Assembly: GCA_947589065.1 (NCBI GenBank)
Contig: CANPZM010000002.1
Coordinates: 1 to 63,409 of the forward strand
Source of the DNA: an uncultured Clostridia bacterium
GTDB taxonomy: Bacteria > Bacillota > Clostridia > TANB77 > CAG-508
DNA: 63,409 nt
Reading direction: 5' to 3'
Part shown: positions 8,527 through 17,155 of the stretch, piece by piece
Numbering within the stretch: the first letter of the stretch is position 1
How the letters are laid out: every line of letters starts with the position of its first letter
Translations under genes and position numbers: made by a program
Notes under the pieces: model-generated
What the model was told of the DNA's origin: nothing
The model's database searches: none
What the model saw: only the letters and a program-made list of their open reading frames with translations

Positions 8527-9948
8527 ATGAAAATAGAATTAATTGGTGGATGCACAAAAGATGAATTAGAAAAACGTATTCAAAAAGTCGCTGCTGCTGG
8601 CAAACTTTCAAGATTTCCAGGAAATGTTTATGAAGTTTTAGAAAGTTGCGATAATTATGAAAAAAATTTAAAGTTAATAAAAAGAATCATTGGCATGGGA
8701 CATAAATCTATTATTGAACATGATTATCTAGTTTTTGCATTATGCGATGTTACTCCAATTGTTGAACAAACTATTATTGGAAACAGACTAACTTCTTTTA
8801 CGATTAAATCACGTAGAGAAGTAGATTTTAGAACAGCTGGATTTTATATTCCAGAATTTCGTAATAAAAATCTAAAACCTCACTCTAAAAATTCAGAAAT
8901 AAAAGAAAAATATATTTCTCATATGCAATATTTATTTAATACATATGGTGATCTTGTAGATGCTGGTATTAATGTAGAAGATGCTCGATTTATTTTACCA
9001 TACTCTTTCCATAGTAATATAATTATGGGATTAGATGCTAGAGAACTTGAAAAAATTACTATTTCCTTTTTATATGGTCCATTAAGTAGAATTTCAGAAT
9101 TAAAGGAATTGGGAAATTATTTCTTCAGTATTATCAAAGAATATATTCCTTATTTAGTTCCAAATATAGAAAATCAAACTGAAAATTCAAAAAATCCTTT
9201 TGAATATATGGATAATTTAATTCAGTCTCACACAATAAATATTGCTGATAAGCCAACATTACTTAGCTATACACCAAATTCTGATAATGTAGTTATAAAA
9301 AGTGCTATAATGTATCATTATCAATGTTCTGAAGGAGAAGCTGAATCTATATTAAAACATTGTGAAGAAAAAGACCCTGAATTCAAATCAAAATGTATGA
9401 ATATTATTCTTCATAAAGAAGAAGCACGCGAAATAGAACAAGTAAGTTTTACTTTTCAGATTCCAATATCATTATCTATACTTACTCACTTAACAAGACA
9501 TAGAATGCATTCTCTTCTTGTTCCTGAATTTCTTCCTATGTGGGACTTTGATAATTATATAATTCCAGCATCAATTAAAGCTAAGCCAGAATTAGAACAA
9601 ATATTTATCGAAGCACATAATAAAAATATGATGATGCTAAATGAATTTAAAAAATATGATATAGCTGAAGAAGATTTAATATATTTTTACTTAGGTTGCC
9701 AAATGTTAAATGTAATAACTACAATGAATGGAAGAACTTTACAATGGATTTTGCGTTTACGTTGTTGTAATAAGGCTCAATGGCAAATCAGAGGAATTGC
9801 AAAAGAAATTGCAAAACAAGTAAAAGAAGTTTCTCCTCTTTTAGGTAAAGGTCTAGGAGCAACTTGTATGACTGATTTAGTTTGTAATGAAGGAAAAGAA
9901 AGCTGTGGACTAATAAATAAATTACTAGAGCAACAAGATAATAAATAA
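8527..9948 (+). CDS. ThyX-like (Thy1 family) protein, double length
   Basis: The first half carries HKSIIEH and ARFILP. The second half carries LTRHRMHS and LRLRCCNKAQWQIRGIA. See findings. Confidence 0.6.
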   Translation: MKIELIGGCTKDELEKRIQKVAAAGKLSRFPGNVYEVLESCDNYEKNLKLIKRIIGMGHKSIIEHDYLVFALCDVTPIVEQTIIGNRLTSFTIKSRREVDFRTAGFYIPEFRNKNLKPHSKNSEIKEKYISHMQYLFNTYGDLVDAGINVEDARFILPYSFHSNIIMGLDARELEKITISFLYGPLSRISELKELGNYFFSIIKEYIPYLVPNIENQTENSKNPFEYMDNLIQSHTINIADKPTLLSYTPNSDNVVIKSAIMYHYQCSEGEAESILKHCEEKDPEFKSKCMNIILHKEEAREIEQVSFTFQIPISLSILTHLTRHRMHSLLVPEFLPMWDFDNYIIPASIKAKPELEQIFIEAHNKNMMMLNEFKKYDIAEEDLIYFYLGCQMLNVITTMNGRTLQWILRLRCCNKAQWQIRGIAKEIAKQVKEVSPLLGKGLGATCMTDLVCNEGKESCGLINKLLEQQDNK

Positions 9949-9982
9949 TTTTGTAAATAAATCCATAATTTTCTCAAATACT

Positions 9983-10022
9983 AAAAAAGGAACAATTAAA
10001 AATAAATTGTTCCTTTTTTATT
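9983..10022. terminator. Bidirectional terminator between the ThyX-like gene and murI
   Basis: aaaaaAGGAACAATTaaaaataAATTGTTCCTttttt: a hairpin flanked by an A-run and a T-run. Confidence 0.75.
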
Positions 10023-10032
10023 TTCTTACGTT

Positions 10033-10773
10033 TTATCTTTGTTCTAAAATTTCAAAAAACCTTTCTTTTTTTTCTTTTGAATTTTGTGAATCTATAAATT
10101 CAATTTTTCCATTATTATTTTCTAATAATCCATTTTCCTCTAGTACATACTTCAAATGCTGTGCTAATTTGGGTGCACCATCAAAAAAAGTAACATTTCC
10201 TAATATTTCTTTTATTTCATTTTTTACTAATGGATAATGTGTACACCCTAAAACGACATTTTCTACTCTATTTTTATATTGTAATAAATTTTCTTTTAAA
10301 TATTTTTTTATTTGTTCTTTTTCATCTTTTTCTATAAGATTAGCCAACCCTATACATGGTAGTAATACTGTCTTTTCATTATCATATTTGTGAAATAAAA
10401 TTTGAAATTTTTCGCTTTCAATAGTTCCTCTTGTTGCCATTACAAGTGTTTCCTTATCATTTGCATAATCATGCACCATTTTATAAGCTGGTTCAATAGC
10501 AATAATTGGAAGATTGCTGTATTTTTTTCTCAAAAAGTCTACAGCTTTAGCGCTAGCCGTATTACATGCAATAACTATCACTTTACAATTTCTATCTATT
10601 AACATGCTAACAATATTGTCACAAATCTCTATAATTTCAGTATCATTTTTATCTCCATAAGGATTATTTTTTGAATCACTATAATATATATAATCTTCAT
10701 TTGGTAGTATTTTTACTATTTCTTTTAATACTGTAGATCCTCCAATTCCTGAATCAAATATTCCTATATTCAT
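10033..10773 (-). CDS. murI: Glutamate racemase
   Basis: IGIFDSGIGG, ACNTAS and GCTHYP catalytic-cysteine motifs. Confidence 0.92.
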   Translation of the reverse strand: MNIGIFDSGIGGSTVLKEIVKILPNEDYIYYSDSKNNPYGDKNDTEIIEICDNIVSMLIDRNCKVIVIACNTASAKAVDFLRKKYSNLPIIAIEPAYKMVHDYANDKETLVMATRGTIESEKFQILFHKYDNEKTVLLPCIGLANLIEKDEKEQIKKYLKENLLQYKNRVENVVLGCTHYPLVKNEIKEILGNVTFFDGAPKLAQHLKYVLEENGLLENNNGKIEFIDSQNSKEKKERFFEILEQR

Positions 10774-10941
10774 GCCTAGTTTTATTCCCTTCTAATCACA
10801 AATCAGATTGGAAAAAAATTAAATTTTTCAAAGATAGTTTTACTATTAAATCACGTTTTAAATGGATTTCAACATATTCAAAATTATAATTATTTTCCAC
10901 ATTCGTTATTTTTAATTTAATATATATTATCACAAAATAAT

Positions 10942-12624
10942 TTAGCTATCAATTTTTTCATTTTTTTTACCTTTTCTTAATATAAAAATAATTATAACTA
11001 AAGTCATTCCATAAAGGACTATTATCAAAGTGTTAAAACCTCCTGCAAAAGGTAGTTCAAAAGATTTCCTATTTACTATCTTTATAATCTTATTTTCATC
11101 ATATTCACCACTTGTCGAATTTACTTCTACTTTTATTGGTGATGAAAGTAAATTATAATGTTTCTGTTTTCCATCTTCTTCATATGTTGGTGACTCTATC
11201 TCTGTCACAAAATATTCAGTTTTTCCAAGTTCAGCTGATACATCATCATTACCGTACTTTAATCCTTCAAATATTACATTACCATTTTCATCAGATATTC
11301 CAACTATATCAATATCCTCACTATTTTTTATAAATATATCATTTTTAGCATTTTCTCTTGTTGTTGATATTTTAAATTTTGCGCCCTTTAAAGGATTCCC
11401 ACTATTATCAATTTTCTTTAATATCAACTTTCCAGTATGTACTTCTGCTAAATCTGTTATCGATTCTGTAATACTTTCTTCAATACCTTTTTCATTTATA
11501 TAATTCGTATATTTAATTTTAGCTTTATTTTCTAATGCTTTTCCATAATTAATTTTATTATTAAATTCTGTATAATAAATAATTTCAACTGTTTCTTTTC
11601 CTTTTAAATTCTTAGTATCAAAATCTACAATCATTTCATTATTTTCAAATTTGATTGTATAGTCTTTATTTTTATCAAGATTATCTATAATTACACTATC
11701 TTCTATATAATTTAAGTCATTAGGCAAAGTATCAATTATTGAATAAGTTTTCATTTTCTCAATAATATTCGGAATTGATGCAGTTATTTTCCATTCAACT
11801 TTTTCTTTAGAGTATGCACCGACAGATTTTCCATACCCATCTCCTATTTTTACCTGTTTTTTTATCTCAGGTTTTTCATTACAAACGTCAAAACTAAACG
11901 AAGTATTATTAGGTGTTACAGTAAATTCTTTATTATCTAACTGGTTCAAAATATAACCTTCCTGTGTTTTCATTTCTATAAGCCTATAATCTCCAACTGG
12001 TAAATCATTAATAATAATTTTTCCTTCTTCATTTGTAACCAATTCTCCTTCATAATCATATTTTTCATAATCATATTTTTCATAATCATTTTGTTTTTTT
12101 ATCTGTAATTCCCAAACTATTCCTGATAAAGGAATTCCTTTATTATCATATTTTGTAAGTGTTACATCTCCATAGACTGTTATATTTTTAGGATATACCA
12201 TAACATCATAATCCCACGAATTTCCATCATCATTTGTTCTTGGTAAATCAATCATAAAACTTTCAGTTTTCGTTTGTACATTTTTTGGAACTTTTGTCTC
12301 AATTACTAAATATCTTCCTAATTCCAAATTTTCAAATTTAGCCTCTCCATTTTTATTAGTAGTTTTACATATCTTTAGTAATGTATCCAATTTTTCTTCT
12401 TCTATCTCATGTTCTAATTCATCAACCTCTTTATTTAAATTTTCTTCATCTAATTTATATATTGTAAATTCTACATTTTCTAATGGAATATTTTGTTCTG
12501 GATTTTTTCCGTTTCCATATGCATTTTCATATTTTATTATTGTTAATGATGCTTTTCTCGTTTCATCTATCAACGGTTCTGACTTTGCTAATGTAATTCC
12601 CATATAAAAAAATATTATTAACAC
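10942..12624 (-). CDS. Major (backbone) pilin, SpaA-like isopeptide pilin
   Basis: Pilin motif WDYDVMVYPKN (YPKN lysine), E-box-like YRLIEMKTQEGY and RYLVIETKVPKN. The C-terminal sorting signal is ELPFAGG, then a hydrophobic helix, then RKGKK. The signal peptide appears to start upstream of the called GTG (see findings). Confidence 0.8.
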   Translation of the reverse strand: MLIIFFYMGITLAKSEPLIDETRKASLTIIKYENAYGNGKNPEQNIPLENVEFTIYKLDEENLNKEVDELEHEIEEEKLDTLLKICKTTNKNGEAKFENLELGRYLVIETKVPKNVQTKTESFMIDLPRTNDDGNSWDYDVMVYPKNITVYGDVTLTKYDNKGIPLSGIVWELQIKKQNDYEKYDYEKYDYEGELVTNEEGKIIINDLPVGDYRLIEMKTQEGYILNQLDNKEFTVTPNNTSFSFDVCNEKPEIKKQVKIGDGYGKSVGAYSKEKVEWKITASIPNIIEKMKTYSIIDTLPNDLNYIEDSVIIDNLDKNKDYTIKFENNEMIVDFDTKNLKGKETVEIIYYTEFNNKINYGKALENKAKIKYTNYINEKGIEESITESITDLAEVHTGKLILKKIDNSGNPLKGAKFKISTTRENAKNDIFIKNSEDIDIVGISDENGNVIFEGLKYGNDDVSAELGKTEYFVTEIESPTYEEDGKQKHYNLLSSPIKVEVNSTSGEYDENKIIKIVNRKSFELPFAGGFNTLIIVLYGMTLVIIIFILRKGKKNEKIDS

Positions 12625-12673
12625 AATTAAAAATAATAATATTAGTGTTTTTTTACTTCTACAATCTTTTCTT

Positions 12674-13486
12674 TTAATAATTTTTATATTCTCCTTTCAT
12701 CTTTATTACCTTAAAAATTAAACAAATAATAATCAATGCTATAATCACAATTATAAGAGTCCTATTTAAAATCAAATTTTTATTATAATGCTTATTTTGC
12801 CAATTTATATCATCTATTATTTCATCATCTGTTCTAGCACCTGTTACAACTAATCTATGAGTATTTATATATCTAGGTGTACACGTAACAAGTGTTACTA
12901 ATTCCTCATTTTCATAAATTTTTAAATTTTGCGTTTCTGTCGGTAAAATTGTTCTAATTTCTTTTATTTTATAATTAAATATGTTATCAAGATATTTTAT
13001 ATAAAAATAATCACCTATTTCTAATTTATCTAAGTCATCAAAAAAAACTGCTTTAGAAATTCCATTATGTCCAACTAGCACAGAATGAGTTCCTTTTTTT
13101 CCAGTTGGTAAAGACGTATTTAATAAATGCCCAATTCCTTTCTGCAACACATCATCTGTTGTTCCTTCATAAATTGGTAAATTTACATTTATTTTTGGAA
13201 TATGAATACTCCCTATTTCTTTACTATCTTTCAAAATCTGCAATTGGCTATACTGTCCATTACTATTGACAGCACTAAAGTTATTATTTTCATATAAGTC
13301 TTTATTATAATCATCAGAATTTTTTTTAATTACATTAATTTCCTCATCTGCTAAATTATTTACCTCTAGTTCGTATTTCTCAATTTCTAAATTTTGCTTT
13401 TTTATAGATATAGTTTTGGAAAATGTAAAATATAATAACAAGAAAATACTTGATACCAAAATTAAATTTATTAAAATTTTTTTCAT
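12674..13486 (-). CDS. Class C (pilus-assembly) sortase
   Basis: N- and C-terminal membrane helices, VLVGHNG histidine, TLVTCTP catalytic cysteine, RLVVTGAR arginine. The ORF overlaps the upstream pilin stop (ATGA). Confidence 0.88.
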   Translation of the reverse strand: MKKILINLILVSSIFLLLYFTFSKTISIKKQNLEIEKYELEVNNLADEEINVIKKNSDDYNKDLYENNNFSAVNSNGQYSQLQILKDSKEIGSIHIPKINVNLPIYEGTTDDVLQKGIGHLLNTSLPTGKKGTHSVLVGHNGISKAVFFDDLDKLEIGDYFYIKYLDNIFNYKIKEIRTILPTETQNLKIYENEELVTLVTCTPRYINTHRLVVTGARTDDEIIDDINWQNKHYNKNLILNRTLIIVIIALIIICLIFKVIKMKGEYKNY

Positions 13487-15687
13487 TTTTTATTCACCAT
13501 TTTTATTTTCATTATCAGAATTCCTATAATTAAACTACATAAAACCCAAAAATATATAATATTTAAAATATTAAATTTTTCACCACAATTAGGTAATATG
13601 AATAAAGCTGTATCATTCACTGTAAACTCATGACTTTCATTTTCTCCTGTTACTTTAAAATTAATTTCTTTTCCATTTAAACTATATCCATCAGGTGCTT
13701 TAGTTTCAATTAATTGATATTCACCCTCATATAAATCTTCAAATGTTATATAACCATTTTCATTTGTGATTAATTTTTTTATTTCATCACCTTTACTATA
13801 TTTTTTATCAGTATCTACATAAATATCGATTTTTGCATATAAGGTAAATTCCGCTCCTTGAAGCATTTTGCCTGCTGTCCCTCTTTTTATAATTTTTACT
13901 GTACCTAAAATTAATTCATATATAACCTGTATATCATAATCTTTATCTATCCCATAAATATTAAATTGCTCATTATTAATTGCTCTATCTTTTGATTCAG
14001 TATTTACAGATATTGATTTTAGTTTATAACCTTTTTTTGGCTGATATGTTATTTTTATATCTTTTCCCATTGGAATTTTACTATTTCCTTGTGTAATAGT
14101 TCCATTTGTAGCCGATGTTGTAATTTTTGCATATAATTCAACATCTACAGAGTTTGATTTTTTAGATACATTTTCTTGGCTTCTTTTTATATTACTTGTC
14201 ACAAAATTTGAAACAATGCATTTATCTTTTGCCGAAGAATAATAATTTTTCATATTAGAATTTGCCTTTTTTCTAACATTAATCTTTATTGTAAATTTAT
14301 TATTATAAAAATTCGCATCTTTAATAATAGTGTCTTTGGCTTTTATTTTTATTTCGTTGTTTTTTATAGTAGTACTAAACCAACTTAATCTATTTGCATT
14401 AGTATCATCTGTAATACTAATACTTCCGCAAATTTCTAAGCACTCTGCTAAATTATCTATCATTTCAAAACTATCATAATAAAAATTATTATCCTCAGCA
14501 GGTATATATTGTTCTACTGTATAAGTAAATTCATCTTCACAATATACTATTTTTTTATCAACTTCTTTTGTAGGTATAGTATACTCAAAAGGTGCTAATG
14601 AAGATGAATTTAAATTAAATCCAAAATTGTCTCTCCAATTTAAAACTGGATTAATAATGTCTCTTGATGAAAGTCCTAGTGTAGAATTTTCATTTGTGTA
14701 TGTAAAAGAATATTGTGTTCCAGAAAAAAGCGTTGAGCACCAGAAGTCTCTATCATTTCCGTCACAATATTGATTAGTATTAGTGCATTCAACTTTTGAT
14801 GTATTAAATGTATCTAACTTTGATGTTGAGTTCTTATAGATATTATCAAATCCTGATATTGGTAATAAATATTCACCACCATCCATATCTTGAAAAGTAT
14901 TATGCCCTTTTACATTAATCAACGTATGCGTATTATGCTTAAAAAAAGATATTGTAAATTTTGGTTTTGATATTGCAGGTAAAGCAGTTAATTGTATACT
15001 AAAATCTTTTGTGCTAAAACAAATTGTAGGATAATTAACTCCCTTTAAGCCAGATATTGCTTTATTAGTGCCTGGTTGCAAGTATTCCCAATCTGAAAGA
15101 GTAATTCTCATGTCAATTATTTGACCATTATATTTTCCAACATTACCATATGTAATCCAAATATTATTTTTTTGACTTACTGACGTCAATCTAGCACTTT
15201 GATAATTACCATATTTACTAAATGCTGTACTACCATCAAATAATAAATCATCAGCAGGATAATTCGTCATACCATTAGTTTCTATTATTGTTGTCACTCC
15301 ATTAATAAATTTTGGAGCCCATCCATAACTTACTGAAAATTTTGAATTAGCACTAAGAACTTCTGCTTTTCCAGCACTTATAGTACTAAAATTACTATTA
15401 ATTATATTTGCGTGCTTTGTCTGTTTTTTCTTGGAATTTTCAGTATTTAGATTTTCCTTATTTGGCTCGTTAGTTGTAGTCTTTTTCTCATCTGTTTTTT
15501 CTTTTTCAATAGTTTCTTCTGTTTTGATCAACTCATCTTTTTTCTCTTCATTTATATTATTTTCATTTTCTATTGTTTCGTTTTCTACTTCATTTACTAC
15601 TATATCTTGCATTTCATTATTCGTTTCTTCTAATATGCTTTTTTTTTCTTCAGTTTCTGCAGTATTTGCCAAAACATTAATTGACAA
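13483..15687 (-). CDS. Pilus tip/adhesin subunit (sortase substrate)
   Basis: Acidic low-complexity N-terminal region, large central domain, C-terminal CnaB-like domain with E-box YQLIETKAPDGY. The sorting signal is LPNCG, then a hydrophobic helix, then KIKMVNKK. The called start is TTG. Signal-peptide coding continues upstream to 15744 (see findings). Confidence 0.7.
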   Translation of the reverse strand: MSINVLANTAETEEKKSILEETNNEMQDIVVNEVENETIENENNINEEKKDELIKTEETIEKEKTDEKKTTTNEPNKENLNTENSKKKQTKHANIINSNFSTISAGKAEVLSANSKFSVSYGWAPKFINGVTTIIETNGMTNYPADDLLFDGSTAFSKYGNYQSARLTSVSQKNNIWITYGNVGKYNGQIIDMRITLSDWEYLQPGTNKAISGLKGVNYPTICFSTKDFSIQLTALPAISKPKFTISFFKHNTHTLINVKGHNTFQDMDGGEYLLPISGFDNIYKNSTSKLDTFNTSKVECTNTNQYCDGNDRDFWCSTLFSGTQYSFTYTNENSTLGLSSRDIINPVLNWRDNFGFNLNSSSLAPFEYTIPTKEVDKKIVYCEDEFTYTVEQYIPAEDNNFYYDSFEMIDNLAECLEICGSISITDDTNANRLSWFSTTIKNNEIKIKAKDTIIKDANFYNNKFTIKINVRKKANSNMKNYYSSAKDKCIVSNFVTSNIKRSQENVSKKSNSVDVELYAKITTSATNGTITQGNSKIPMGKDIKITYQPKKGYKLKSISVNTESKDRAINNEQFNIYGIDKDYDIQVIYELILGTVKIIKRGTAGKMLQGAEFTLYAKIDIYVDTDKKYSKGDEIKKLITNENGYITFEDLYEGEYQLIETKAPDGYSLNGKEINFKVTGENESHEFTVNDTALFILPNCGEKFNILNIIYFWVLCSLIIGILIMKIKMVNKK

Positions 15688-16057
15688 AAAATTAAATATA
15701 ACTAATAGTAATAATATTATAAAAATAATTCTTTTTATGTATTTTCACTCCTTTTTTGTTTTATTACTACTACTAACTTTTAAAAATGGAATACAGTTAT
15801 CGAATCAAATTTAATTTAGAAATTTAAAATTATTTATATAAAAATTTTTGAAATAAAAATATAACTTAAAATATTAGAAAAAATATGCACATATTATACA
15901 TGCATATTTTTCTCATTTCAAGTATTTTAGGCAATTTCATAATTTTTCTCTCGACCTTTTTTTATTTTCTTTTACAATTTTTGATTTTTTAATCGTTTTT
16001 ACATTTTTTTTTACTATTTAATACTTTCTATTTATAAATTAAGTTTTATCTAGTTTA

Positions 16058-16924
16058 TTAATTATTATAATTTTTACTTTTAAATCTATTCAATAGTGAG
16101 TTTCTCAACATTGCACTATTAAAGCTATATGGATTTTTATTTTTAACCTTTTCTTGCTTTTCTTTACTATAATAGCTTTGCATAGTTAAATAATTTACAT
16201 TTTTGTTTAAGACTTTCTTATTATTTTCATATGGAATTTTAAATAATACTTTTGTTCCACTCATATCAGATAAATATTTTTCTATTTCATCTATAGTTGT
16301 ATCTTCAATTATTTCTTTTACTTTACCCGTAAAAATATCAATAACACTAGATTTTATCTGCATTTTTGTACTTTTATCTACCATATTATCAGTTATTAAA
16401 ACTTCTTTTACATTATACTTTTTTGATAACTTTATTATATTATTTTGAAATTCTGTACGATTATTTTTCTCGCTAAAAATAATAAAAACATGTTCCCTTT
16501 GATATGTATCTCTAAGTTTTCTATCCTTCCAATTAAATTTTGTATATTCATACGAATAGCCTAATTTTTTTATATCCTTTACCAGTTCCATATTTCTTTT
16601 TTTATAATATTTAAATATAGTATCAACGCCATTAGGCATATTTTCTACTAGTTTTCTTTCAGTATCAAAAGGTTTAAATACACTAATAAACGCAAGTTGT
16701 TCATTATGTGATAAATCATAAATTGAAAAACCAATACTTGACATTAGATTTCTAATATCATTTTTTCTTTTAATATCTCGTGCATTTATAAGATATTCAT
16801 AAAATTCCTCTGCTTTTTCCTTTCCAAAAAAATTATCCAAATACATTACCCAAAAACTTATTGGAATATCAAAATCTAAATTATCCAATAGATATTCCTT
16901 GTTAGTTTTCATATTTTTCTTCAT
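16058..16924 (-). CDS. Hypothetical protein (288 aa), no recognisable domain
   Basis: Long ORF with an RBS (aaaggaggaattt) upstream. Lys/Asn-rich. I recognise no motif. Confidence 0.6.
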   Translation of the reverse strand: MKKNMKTNKEYLLDNLDFDIPISFWVMYLDNFFGKEKAEEFYEYLINARDIKRKNDIRNLMSSIGFSIYDLSHNEQLAFISVFKPFDTERKLVENMPNGVDTIFKYYKKRNMELVKDIKKLGYSYEYTKFNWKDRKLRDTYQREHVFIIFSEKNNRTEFQNNIIKLSKKYNVKEVLITDNMVDKSTKMQIKSSVIDIFTGKVKEIIEDTTIDEIEKYLSDMSGTKVLFKIPYENNKKVLNKNVNYLTMQSYYSKEKQEKVKNKNPYSFNSAMLRNSLLNRFKSKNYNN

Positions 16925-17155
16925 AAAAATTCCTCCTTTTATTATTGCTTATAAAGAGGAACAAATGAATTAAAAAAAACATCTAAGATAACTTTTCTTA
17001 AATGTTTTAAGTTATCCTTATCGTTCTAGCTTTAGCACCTAATTAAATAGGTTGCTGCGTAGTCAACGTGCTAGTCACTCGTACGCTCTTTATAAGGTTT
17101 TATTAAATTTTATTTATTATACATCAAATCTTTCTAAAAGTCTATATAAATTAAA

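Noticed and set aside
12622-15751. An alternative genetic code as the explanation for the missing start codons of the pilin genes.
   Set aside because: All housekeeping genes in the window translate full-length with the standard bacterial code and have normal stops. The anomaly is local to the two pilin 5' ends.
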